Part shown: in pieces, positions 22,991-31,751 of the stretch
How the letters are laid out: each line of letters opens with the position of its first letter
Position numbering within the stretch: position 1 is the stretch's first letter
From: Bacteroidota bacterium
GTDB lineage: Bacteria > Bacteroidota > Bacteroidia > NS11-12g > UBA955
Direction of reading: 5' to 3'
Assembly: GCA_009918425.1 (NCBI GenBank)
Contig: RGEC01000003.1
Span: forward strand, 1 to 35,273
Length of the DNA stretch: 35,273 bases
Made by a program: the position numbers and the translations under genes
Notes under the pieces: generated by a model
Databases searched by the model: none
Seen by the model: only the letters and a program-made list of their open reading frames with translations
Told to the model about the DNA's origin: nothing

Positions 22991-23022
22991 TGTTACCAAA
23001 ACCCCAGAATTTCGCATCAGAA

Positions 23023-24930
23023 TTGAGATTGAGAAGCTTCATACAAAAAATTTTCACGTTCACTATTTTACGTCAGGCAGTTTTTGCCTTGTTGATAATG
23101 ACGCTTTCAAGGGTCTTTTGGGGGATTTTTAATCATGAAATTTTTGCAGATGCCGAAAAATCTGAAATTGTCACCGCAGTGCTTTGGGGAATATTTTTCG
23201 ACCTTCCCCTCCTCGCCTATTTCTTCCTGCCTTTGTGGATTTGGATGATTTTCCTACCCTCTCAAGCCGCAGAACGGCCCTACATATCCAGGGTTTTGAT
23301 GCTGCTGGGAACAAGTCCGATTTTGATACTTAATGGTATCGACACTGCCTACAGCCGTATTTCAGGCCGCAGAAGTGGCGTCGAGCTTTTTGACATTCTC
23401 TCCGATCCTGGCAATTCCACTGCGGGGTATATTGCAGATTACTGGCCAGCGGCTCTCCTGCTTTCATTTTTATTATTTCTCATTTATAAATATACGCCTC
23501 AGGGTGGCCTTCCTGTCTATGATGATATAAGGTCACAATGGAGAAGAGCTTTGATGGTGTTTCTTGCGTTTGTATCCATATGGATTTTCAGTGCAAGAGG
23601 CGGATTTCACCTTAAGCCGTTGTGTACACTTCACGCCGGACTTTATGTGCGGCCTGAGCTGACCTCACTAACCGTAAGCACACCTCTAAATATAATATCA
23701 ATGCCAGGCGGCGAAGAAGTGCCGGAAATCAGGTTTATGGATTTAAAGGTTGCTGAGGAAATCGTAAAACCTGTCTATTACAATAAAAACTTCACCAAAG
23801 ATGGGCGCAAACAGAATATCATTCTGATTATTGTAGAAAGCCTGGGACGTGATTACACAGGTTTTCTGAACGGAAAGGCCTACACCCCATTTCTGGATAC
23901 CTTCAGCCGACATTGTATCAATTTCAGGTATTGTTATGCCAATGGAACGCGAAGTATTGAAATGGTTCCCAGTATTTTTTGCGGTATGCCCGGTATGATC
24001 GAAACGCACTATTTAAATAGCGGATATGCCGGCAACAACATTGAAAATGCCTTTGGCGTTTTTAACAAGGCTGGTTACAGTACTGCTTTTTTTCACGGAG
24101 CGGCTAATGGTACCATGTTTTTTCAGGGATTTTTACAGCAAACCGGCAAAGTGCAGTACTTTGGGCGCGATGAGTATCCACCAAAAGACTACGAACGCGA
24201 TTATGACGGTAACTGGGGAATATTTGATGAACCATATCTGCATTATTTTCTGAAATGCTGCGACACCATGAAAAAACCATTTTTCAACGCGGTATTTACA
24301 TTATCATCGCATCATCCCTACAAGGTTCCTGCTCATCTGGACAATAAGTTTCCAAAAGGCAAGCTTCCGATTCACAAAAGCATAAGGTATACAGACTATG
24401 CTTTACAATCCTTCTTTGAAAAAGCCAGACGGTATCCCTGGTTCAACAATACTTTGTTTGTGATTACCGGAGACCATACCAGTTATGGTGAAGAAGACTA
24501 TTTCTATAGTCCCAGCGGTCATTTTGAAATCCCTTTGTTAATTTATGGGAATCAGATTAAACCTACAGTGATAGACAAAACGGTTTCGCAATGTGATATA
24601 GTGCCCGCAGTTATGCATCTTACCGGTGTCAAGGCCCAATTTTATGGATTTGGCAAAAATCCTTTCGATTCCACATACAAAGGATATAGCTTCCACAAAG
24701 AGAAAAACCTGTACTATATTATCAGATATCCCTATGCGCTTGGGATAGATGCAGACGGTACCGTTAAAGATTTTCATCTTCAATACAGAAACCGGAAAAA
24801 ACCCGTAATTCTGAAAAGAGAGGGCGCACTTTACGACTCACTGATGCTAACCTTGAAAGCTCATGTGCAGCTTTTCACACACAATGTGCGGAAAAACAAG
24901 TGGTTCATCAAACAACCCGCCGAACATTAA
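23023..24930 (+). CDS. LTA synthase-like membrane sulfatase/phosphoglycerol transferase (alkaline phosphatase superfamily); start uncertain
   Basis: N-terminal TM helices then NIILIIVESLG, YTPFLD, ANGTRSIE, TLSSHHPY, TGDHT. The ORF-track start 22876 overlaps rpsL and its promoter, so TTG 23023 (or 23029, or ATG 23098) is more plausible. Confidence 0.85.
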   Translation: MRLRSFIQKIFTFTILRQAVFALLIMTLSRVFWGIFNHEIFADAEKSEIVTAVLWGIFFDLPLLAYFFLPLWIWMIFLPSQAAERPYISRVLMLLGTSPILILNGIDTAYSRISGRRSGVELFDILSDPGNSTAGYIADYWPAALLLSFLLFLIYKYTPQGGLPVYDDIRSQWRRALMVFLAFVSIWIFSARGGFHLKPLCTLHAGLYVRPELTSLTVSTPLNIISMPGGEEVPEIRFMDLKVAEEIVKPVYYNKNFTKDGRKQNIILIIVESLGRDYTGFLNGKAYTPFLDTFSRHCINFRYCYANGTRSIEMVPSIFCGMPGMIETHYLNSGYAGNNIENAFGVFNKAGYSTAFFHGAANGTMFFQGFLQQTGKVQYFGRDEYPPKDYERDYDGNWGIFDEPYLHYFLKCCDTMKKPFFNAVFTLSSHHPYKVPAHLDNKFPKGKLPIHKSIRYTDYALQSFFEKARRYPWFNNTLFVITGDHTSYGEEDYFYSPSGHFEIPLLIYGNQIKPTVIDKTVSQCDIVPAVMHLTGVKAQFYGFGKNPFDSTYKGYSFHKEKNLYYIIRYPYALGIDADGTVKDFHLQYRNRKKPVILKREGALYDSLMLTLKAHVQLFTHNVRKNKWFIKQPAEH

Positions 24931-24969
24931 AAGCGTCTTAGTGGAACACTTTTTGATTATAAAAGCTAG

Positions 24970-26100
24970 ATGATAAAACGGATTTACACTTTTGGGATTA
25001 TTGCGATGCTTACATGCAGATTGGTCGGACAAATGACACCCAAAACCGATGGTCCTAAAATTGAATTTGCTGAAAAGCAGCATAATTTCGGAGACATTAG
25101 GGAAGATATAAAATATGCAACCCACCGATTTACATTTAAGAACCTAGGAAATAAGGACTTGTTTATCAGCACGGTGCAAACCAGCTGTGGATGTACTACA
25201 CCTGACTGGACAAGAGACACTATCAAACCCGGGCAAAGCGGTTTTGTAGATGCCAAATATGAAACAATAGGAAGAATAGGCAGTTTTCAAAAAACCATTA
25301 CTGTGTACAGCAATGCCGTAAATTTTCCGTTCGTACACCTTGATATTTCGGGAAATGTTCTGAAAGAGATAATCAAGAAAGAGCCTGAATACACTTCCCC
25401 GGGGCAAATTACCTTTACCCCACCCACCGTTAGTTTCAAGCCTCTATTCGACCACAAGGCCGATACACAAACCCTGCGCATAACCAATGGCACTTTGTAC
25501 AGCACTCAATTTAACGCATTGGAAAACCTGCCTGCATTTTGTCAGGTGATTGGCATGCCGCAAACTCTTGAGCCCAATGAAAGTGCCAAAGTGAAAATTG
25601 TGCTGGACGGCAGAAAAATCAATACTTATGGTTTTGGTGCGTTTGAAGTAGCTGTTCCTTCCGATAATGTTCTTTTCCCTTATAACGGTTTTTACGTAGC
25701 CTACGAGCGCAAGCAGTATTTCCCAAAGATGAGTGCAAAAGAACTTGCCAAAGCAGCAAAGCTATCCACAGATAAAACGGTAATTGACTTAGGAAGTGCT
25801 GAGAGCGGCGAGATTTTCAATACCCAATTTACATTTACCAATTTGGGCAAGTCAGATTTAAAACTTCATGAAATTACACCACAGTGCCCATGCGTGAAGG
25901 TTGAATATAGCAAAAATGTGTTAAAACCGGGCGAGAGCATGGCAGTAAAAATGCGGTTTGATACCGGAATCAAGCATGGGAAAAGCACACAAACCATTAA
26001 TATTATCAGCAACGACCCTACACAACCTGAAAGAAGCCTCTACCTGGTGGCGCATCTACCCGAAAGAGATAAGCCGAAATGTGCTACCTGCCCTCGGTAA
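24970..26100 (+). CDS. Exported DUF1573-type multi-Ig-like domain protein
   Basis: Signal-like N-terminus; HNFGDI..FTFKNLG..TSCGCTTP..IKPGQSG; third repeat FTFTNLG..PQCPC..LKPGES..SNDP. Confidence 0.8.
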   Translation: MIKRIYTFGIIAMLTCRLVGQMTPKTDGPKIEFAEKQHNFGDIREDIKYATHRFTFKNLGNKDLFISTVQTSCGCTTPDWTRDTIKPGQSGFVDAKYETIGRIGSFQKTITVYSNAVNFPFVHLDISGNVLKEIIKKEPEYTSPGQITFTPPTVSFKPLFDHKADTQTLRITNGTLYSTQFNALENLPAFCQVIGMPQTLEPNESAKVKIVLDGRKINTYGFGAFEVAVPSDNVLFPYNGFYVAYERKQYFPKMSAKELAKAAKLSTDKTVIDLGSAESGEIFNTQFTFTNLGKSDLKLHEITPQCPCVKVEYSKNVLKPGESMAVKMRFDTGIKHGKSTQTINIISNDPTQPERSLYLVAHLPERDKPKCATCPR

Positions 26101-26105
26101 TTGTT

Positions 26106-26822
26106 TTAGCGCAGGTTGTGATAAACATTCTGAACATCATCATCTGATTCCAGGCGTTCTATAAGTTCCAATACTTCATTTGCCTGAGATTCTTCAAGAT
26201 CCACAAAAGAATTGGGAATATATTGCAATTCTGCACTGGCCGCCTCTATACCTAGTTCTTCCAATCCCTTCTGCATATTGCCAAAATCTGTGAAGCTGGT
26301 ATATACATAAACATCATCCTCATCTATGGCCAAATCTTCACAGCCAAAGTCTATAATTTCCAGTTCAAATTCATCGAGATCCTTGCCTTTAAGGGCTGAT
26401 TTGGATATTTTAAAGACACCTTTGCGCGTAAATACAAAATCGAGAGAACCTGTTTTGCCCAGAGCACCATCGCACTTATTGAAATGGGAACGAACATTGG
26501 CAACAGTTCGGGTATTGTTATCGGTTGCGGATTCAACCAGAATGGCTACGCCATGCGGCCCGTAGCCTTCGTATTTAATTTCCTCGTAGCCGGCGGTATC
26601 TTTATCGCTGGCACGCTTGATGGCTGCTTCCACCCTGTCTTTAGGCATATTCACGCTTTTGGCATTTTGAATAGCCATGCGCAGACGTGGATTGTAATCA
26701 GGATTTACACCGCCCTGCCTTACAGCTATGGCAATTTCTTTTCCTATGCGGGTAAATTGCTTCGCCATGCGATCAAAGCGGGCAAACATTTTGTGTTTTC
26801 GTTTTTCGAATATGCGTCCCAT
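26106..26822 (-). CDS. yebC: YebC/PmpR family protein
   Basis: NPRLRMAI, NMPKDRVEAAIKRA, YEGYGPHGVA, TDNNTRT, DDDVQNVYHN. Confidence 0.95.
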   Translation of the reverse strand: MGRIFEKRKHKMFARFDRMAKQFTRIGKEIAIAVRQGGVNPDYNPRLRMAIQNAKSVNMPKDRVEAAIKRASDKDTAGYEEIKYEGYGPHGVAILVESATDNNTRTVANVRSHFNKCDGALGKTGSLDFVFTRKGVFKISKSALKGKDLDEFELEIIDFGCEDLAIDEDDVYVYTSFTDFGNMQKGLEELGIEAASAELQYIPNSFVDLEESQANEVLELIERLESDDDVQNVYHNLR

Positions 26823-26830
26823 TTATTCGG

Positions 26831-26838
26831 CAAAATTA
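26831..26838 (-). promoter_or_regulatory. -7 promoter element of yebC
   Basis: TAATTTTG on the minus strand, 8 nt before ATG and downstream of the upstream gene's terminator. Confidence 0.55.
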
Positions 26839-26860
26839 ATACAAGGATGTGTAAGGTAGA

Positions 26861-26896
26861 GAAAAAGAAAAGGGGAAACCCGTGTTTCCCCTTTTC
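26861..26896 (-). terminator. Intrinsic terminator of the TonB-dependent receptor gene
   Basis: 13-bp perfect stem GAAAAGGGGAAAC-CCGT-GTTTCCCCTTTTC (plus strand), followed on the minus strand by a T tract; 18 nt after the stop. Confidence 0.88.
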
Positions 26897-26914
26897 AAAG
26901 CGATTAACCCACAG

Positions 26915-29143
26915 TTAAAATGAGAGCCTTACTGATGCTACCAGATTTCTTCCGGGGGCTGAAATTCCGCTTGAAAAAACACGATAATTTAAATCAAGTA
27001 CATTCTCAACGGCAAAAGATGCTGCCAGATTTTTATTCACCTGCCAGCTAGCACGCAAATTGTATGTTTGCCAAGCCGGTGTTTCTCCACCTGGTGCATA
27101 CTGGGCATTATCTTCTCCGCTGGGGCTGTATTCTCGCCTGATTTTTCGGCCGTTGAACAACATAAATGCTTCCCACTGCCATTCCTCGCTTGACCAACGC
27201 AAACCCAGTCTGCCATGATCTGGCGCAATATGATCTATGGGTGTCCATAAAGCTTTCTCAGCTGACTTATAACGCCCAAAAGTACTGTTGTAATTTACAT
27301 CTGCAAATAACCCTTCTATGAGATGAATTTTTGCGGCAAAATAACCTCCTGTTACATATCCAAGAGCTGAATTACCCATTTGAAAAACAGGGGTACGCTG
27401 ACCTTCAAAATCAAAGGAATCATCACCATTATAAATACCGGGGCCATCAATCAGCAACTGGGTTATGCGGGTGTAATAACCTCCCATTTCCAGATGTATT
27501 TTCTTTCGGTCTAGGCGAAATCCAAGATCCAGGGTGCGGGTGCGCTCAGGTTTCAGGTCTTTGTTAGGAATGACCAGTTTTCTGCCGGGCACACTCTCAA
27601 ACAGTTTGGTCATATCATCCACATTTGGATTTCTGAAACCTGCAGCAAGACTGGCTTTGAAAAACAATCCGTCCCAATCCATTTTTTTGGAAAGTCCGAG
27701 GTTATAAACCGGGGCAAGACTGCTTATTTCAGCCAATTGGTAGGGTAACTTTAAAAAATTATCAGAACTAAAACTGGCATTAAGCTGATAATAAGTTAAG
27801 CGAAATCCTCCCTCGAGGATGAAATCATGGGGTTTAATGGCGTAAATGGCATTGGCGAATAAGGCAGAAGACATTGTATTAGCTCCGCCATCAGCATACC
27901 GGGTATTCTTACTGGCAGCAATCTCACCTGTTTTTACATTTTTGGTTGAGGCAGTAGACTGAACTTTATTTACAACCCATTCTGCCCCGCCCTGTATTTG
28001 AAAATCTGGCTTCACATTCACTACGAAATCGTAGTTAACGGCTGTCATTCCGACTTTATCCAGCTGTGTAAGTTCGGATTCATTCCCAAACCGCCTGGTG
28101 ACCCTTCCTACACTTGTGGTTTGGTGAGATAAAATCAGTCTGTGATTCCAGCCATCCTTTTTAGGAATCAACAAAGTGTAAGAAAAAAAATCTCTGTTTT
28201 GAGGAACGTAATTCCATGTGGCAAAGCGGAATTTTCCGGCAGAAATATCTGTAAGCCTGTCATATCTTGGCACAGCATCTGCCCTAGACAGCTGCATATT
28301 CAGCGTATGGATAAGATTTCCCGATTTTACCGAAAGCTTAGAAAACACATCATTCTGTGTGTAGGCACTTCCCAGTTGCACGTAGGGATTGTCATTCAAC
28401 AACATGGTATCTCTATTGTATATTCTGGCGCTGTAATAGCTGCGCAAGCCAAAAGTATCCCAATGTGAAAAATGTCTTTGCTGGCCCATACGAAGATTAC
28501 TGAAATCGCTGCTCGTAGTACTAAAAACCCATGCTACATTCTTTCCGCTCAATTCCATATTAACATTGGAAATTGCGGCACTGGCCGCTGACATATACCT
28601 AAAATTGGCGTTGGCACCGGCAAATCCAAAATTAGCATTCCGGAATTTAGGATCACGGGTTTTCATATATACTACCCCACCAAGGGCATCGCTGCCAAAC
28701 TGGGTAGAACCTGAACCAAAGAAAACTTCAGTTCTGTCAAGCATAAATTGATCGACAGTAATTATATCCTGTAAATGTCCTGCTCGGTATGTGGCGTTGT
28801 TCATGCGAACCCCGTCAACAACGAGTAAAACCCTACTAGATTCAAAACCACGGAGAACCGGGCTGCCACCACCCAACTGGCTTTTCTGCACAAAAACCTG
28901 TCCGGTCTGAGATAACATATCTGCCATCGTACCTTGTTGCGCAAGCTGCATCTGTCTGGCAGAAATAACTTCAATCTGACGGGTCGTATTGGCTCTGCTT
29001 GAGCCAAATCGCTGCGCTGAAACCAAAATTTCGTCCATGGTCTCCAGCTCGGCTGTGTCTTTGATTTTATTTAGTTGCTCATTCTGAGCCCTGACTGCCA
29101 TGATTAATACAAGCATGACAATCAATAATGATTGTTTTTTCAT
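26915..29143 (-). CDS. TonB-dependent outer membrane receptor (substrate unknown; resembles heme/iron-type receptors)
   Basis: Signal peptide; DEILVSA TonB-box-like; plug motif GGGSPVLRGF..VLLVVDGVRMNN; GSDALGGVV; GFRNPN; ENVLD..Y..PGRN; C-terminal Phe. Confidence 0.92.
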   Translation of the reverse strand: MKKQSLLIVMLVLIMAVRAQNEQLNKIKDTAELETMDEILVSAQRFGSSRANTTRQIEVISARQMQLAQQGTMADMLSQTGQVFVQKSQLGGGSPVLRGFESSRVLLVVDGVRMNNATYRAGHLQDIITVDQFMLDRTEVFFGSGSTQFGSDALGGVVYMKTRDPKFRNANFGFAGANANFRYMSAASAAISNVNMELSGKNVAWVFSTTSSDFSNLRMGQQRHFSHWDTFGLRSYYSARIYNRDTMLLNDNPYVQLGSAYTQNDVFSKLSVKSGNLIHTLNMQLSRADAVPRYDRLTDISAGKFRFATWNYVPQNRDFFSYTLLIPKKDGWNHRLILSHQTTSVGRVTRRFGNESELTQLDKVGMTAVNYDFVVNVKPDFQIQGGAEWVVNKVQSTASTKNVKTGEIAASKNTRYADGGANTMSSALFANAIYAIKPHDFILEGGFRLTYYQLNASFSSDNFLKLPYQLAEISSLAPVYNLGLSKKMDWDGLFFKASLAAGFRNPNVDDMTKLFESVPGRKLVIPNKDLKPERTRTLDLGFRLDRKKIHLEMGGYYTRITQLLIDGPGIYNGDDSFDFEGQRTPVFQMGNSALGYVTGGYFAAKIHLIEGLFADVNYNSTFGRYKSAEKALWTPIDHIAPDHGRLGLRWSSEEWQWEAFMLFNGRKIRREYSPSGEDNAQYAPGGETPAWQTYNLRASWQVNKNLAASFAVENVLDLNYRVFSSGISAPGRNLVASVRLSF

Positions 29144-29212
29144 TTTTATTTTTTTGAAAGTGAATAGAAAAGAGGAACATCAGTTAATCAGATTTTGTCG
29201 AAATCTACAACT

Positions 29213-29698
29213 TTACACTTCCGGTGGTGGAGAAAAAACGGGCACAAATGGATTTACGGTAATGTAGCAATTATAACTATTAGCAACTATGGCGTATGTC
29301 GTGGGTATTTTCAATTCAAATACATTTTCAGTAGCAATTGTTTTAATCCAGTAGGCTGTTTTGCCAGATTGGCCATGGTTTTTTTCATCTTGTTCTTCCA
29401 GCCATTTTTCTTTGGTATCATCAATTACAGTAATCAGCCAGTAAGACCCCTTGTCCGCCACGGAGATTACATCATAACGATGCCCCTTAAAATCAAACTC
29501 TACACATTTATCGGCATTGGGATAATCTTTTTTCTCAAGCCTTACTATTTCACCACTAAGTTCTTCCCATTGCCTCTCAATTTTGGAGTGAATATCGGCA
29601 CGGTGGAATGCAATAGAAATACCGTTGATAAGTGGGAAAACCGCCAGAAGGACAGCAAGCGCAAACAAATGAAATTTAAAACCTTTTGGCGATAGCAC
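29213..29698 (-). CDS. Small membrane-anchored hypothetical protein ending in FSPPPEV, upstream of the TonB receptor
   Basis: In-frame GTG at 29698 directly after a -33/-7 promoter; hydrophobic N-terminal segment; EFDFKGHRYDVI..DDTKE core. Confidence 0.7.
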   Translation of the reverse strand: MLSPKGFKFHLFALAVLLAVFPLINGISIAFHRADIHSKIERQWEELSGEIVRLEKKDYPNADKCVEFDFKGHRYDVISVADKGSYWLITVIDDTKEKWLEEQDEKNHGQSGKTAYWIKTIATENVFELKIPTTYAIVANSYNCYITVNPFVPVFSPPPEV

Positions 29699-29704
29699 AG
29701 GTAG

Positions 29705-29735
29705 CAAAAATAATTTATTACATAACAAACACAAA
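29705..29735 (-). promoter_or_regulatory. Promoter for the small ORF and TonB receptor
   Basis: Minus strand TTTG (29735-29732), 19 nt spacer, TATTTTTG (29712-29705). Confidence 0.65.
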
Positions 29736-29769
29736 CAGTCTTGTGTAAAAAGTGACCGCAATTATTGGG

Positions 29770-29777
29770 TAACTTTG
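29770..29777 (+). promoter_or_regulatory. -7 promoter element of the thiolase-truA unit
   Basis: TAACTTTG followed by CA, 7 nt before ATG 29785. Confidence 0.6.
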
Positions 29778-29784
29778 CACCAAC

Positions 29785-30984
29785 ATGCAGGAAGTTTATG
29801 TAATTGATGCTCTACGCACACCGGTGGGTAAATTTGGCGGAAGCCTTTCAGGAATTAGACCTGACGATCTGGCCGCCCATGTTATTCGTGAAATTATATC
29901 CCGAAACACAGCCATTGATTTTTCAAATACGGATGAGGTCATTTTTGGAGCAGCCAATCAGGCAGGAGAAGACAACCGCAACGTGGCACGAATGGCCTTA
30001 CTTTTGGCCGGAATGCCGGTAACTGTGCCGGGATACACGGTAAACCGTTTGTGTGCCAGTGGCTTACAAAGTATTATGAACGGCTATATGGCAATTAAAT
30101 CCGGGACTGCTGAACTAATTATCGCAGGTGGTACTGAAAGTATGACGCGTGCACCGTTTGTTATGGCCAAAGCTGAAACTGCATTTCAAAGGAGCACAGA
30201 AATTTACGACACCACCATAGGCTGGCGATTCACCAACAAAAAACTGGCAGATGCCTATTATCCCTACAGCATGGGCGAAACCGCCGAAAATGTAGCCGAG
30301 AAATACGAAATCAGCCGTGAGGATCAGGATATTTTTGCCTGCGAGTCTCAAACCAAATGGCAACAAGCACATGAGGCCGGAAAGTTCAAAGATGAAATCA
30401 GTCCGATTCCGGTGCCCGGGAAAAAGGGAGAAATTCATTATTTCGATACCGATGAGCACCCCAGACTTAGTTCTGTAGATGTGCTGGCAACATTAAAACC
30501 CGCTTTTAAGAAAGATGGAACTGTTACTGCAGGAAACAGCAGCGGAATTAATGACGGTGCGGCATGCTTGATTCTGGCTTCGGGTGATGCAATAAAAAAA
30601 TACAACCTTACTCCACTGGCACGAATCGCCGGTATTGGAGCCGCAGGGGTAGATCCTGCCATTATGGGTATTGGCCCGGTTCCGGCAACGCAGAAAGCAC
30701 TAAAACATGCCGGAATTGGTGTAAATGATTTATCGGTTGCCGAACTAAACGAAGCCTTTGCCAGTCAGGCAGTAGCCAGTATGCGCGAACTCAATATTAA
30801 TCCGGCAATTGTGAACCCAAATGGCGGCAGCATTGCGATTGGGCATCCATTGGGTGCAAGTGGAGCCCGCATCAGCACTACCCTTCTGCATGAAATGAAA
30901 AGGAATGCCACTGCCCGATATGGACTGGCAACCATGTGCATTGGTGTGGGTCAGGGCTGTGCCATTGTTTTTGAAAAAGTATAA
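29785..30984 (+). CDS. Acetyl-CoA C-acyltransferase (thiolase), PcaF/PaaJ-like
   Basis: ANQAGEDNRNVARM, NRLCASG (catalytic Cys), DTTIGWRF, NEAFA, GHPLGASG, MCIGVGQG. Confidence 0.93.
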   Translation: MQEVYVIDALRTPVGKFGGSLSGIRPDDLAAHVIREIISRNTAIDFSNTDEVIFGAANQAGEDNRNVARMALLLAGMPVTVPGYTVNRLCASGLQSIMNGYMAIKSGTAELIIAGGTESMTRAPFVMAKAETAFQRSTEIYDTTIGWRFTNKKLADAYYPYSMGETAENVAEKYEISREDQDIFACESQTKWQQAHEAGKFKDEISPIPVPGKKGEIHYFDTDEHPRLSSVDVLATLKPAFKKDGTVTAGNSSGINDGAACLILASGDAIKKYNLTPLARIAGIGAAGVDPAIMGIGPVPATQKALKHAGIGVNDLSVAELNEAFASQAVASMRELNINPAIVNPNGGSIAIGHPLGASGARISTTLLHEMKRNATARYGLATMCIGVGQGCAIVFEKV

Positions 30985-31751
30985 TGCGTTATTTTCTGGA
31001 ACTGGCTTACAACGGAACTGATTTTGGCGGCTGGCAAAAACAGGACGAGGTGGTTAGTATCCAGGCTGTTTTGGAAAGTAAATTATCTCTTATTCTCAGA
31101 CAGCCTGCTGAAGTATACGGTTGTGGCCGCACCGACACCGGTGTTCACGCCACCTACTTCACAGCCCATTTTGATACAGATGCTGAGGTACCCGCAAATC
31201 TGGTTTACCGCCTCAATGGAATGTTGCCAAAAACCATATCCGTATTTCAATGCCGTCAGGTGACAGACGAACTGCACGCCAGGTTTTCAGCTATTGCCAG
31301 AACCTACCGCTATTATATCACACATGCACGCAATCCTTTCACGCATCAAACTTCCTTTTATTCACCTTTCAAACCCAACATTGAACTGATGAACAAGGCC
31401 GCTGAAATGCTTTTATCTCACACAGAGTACCGATGCTTTTGCAAAGGCAAAGCACCCGGCGGCAGCTACAAATGTGTTGTATCAGAAGCAGAGTGGTGCG
31501 AGACCGAAGATGGACTTGTTTTTAAGGTAACCGCCAACCGGTTTTTACGCAGTATGGTGCGTAGTATGGTAGGGACTATGCTGAAACTGGGATTAGGCAA
31601 AATGACCCTGGACCAATTTTGTGAGTTGTTACAATCCGGGAACCGCAATATGGCAGGAAAATCAGCACCCCCGCAAGGTTTATACCTTGTTGATGTAGTT
31701 TATCCCAATTTCGAAAAAGCAACGAGCCTTATTCAGCCCCCAGTCGCTTGA
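30984..31751 (+). CDS. truA: tRNA pseudouridine(38-40) synthase
   Basis: AYNGTDFGGWQ, GRTDTGVHA (catalytic Asp), HARFSA..RTYRY, NRFLRSMVR, APPQGLYL. Confidence 0.96.
   Translation: MRYFLELAYNGTDFGGWQKQDEVVSIQAVLESKLSLILRQPAEVYGCGRTDTGVHATYFTAHFDTDAEVPANLVYRLNGMLPKTISVFQCRQVTDELHARFSAIARTYRYYITHARNPFTHQTSFYSPFKPNIELMNKAAEMLLSHTEYRCFCKGKAPGGSYKCVVSEAEWCETEDGLVFKVTANRFLRSMVRSMVGTMLKLGLGKMTLDQFCELLQSGNRNMAGKSAPPQGLYLVDVVYPNFEKATSLIQPPVA

Noticed and set aside
22876-23022. N-terminal extension of the sulfatase ORF overlapping rpsL
   Set aside because: Spans the divergent promoter region and looks non-coding; a downstream start is more plausible.
29195-29695. 166-aa plus-strand ORF antisense to the small hypothetical gene
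   Set aside because: The minus-strand ORF has a promoter, a membrane anchor and operon context; the plus-strand ORF has none.
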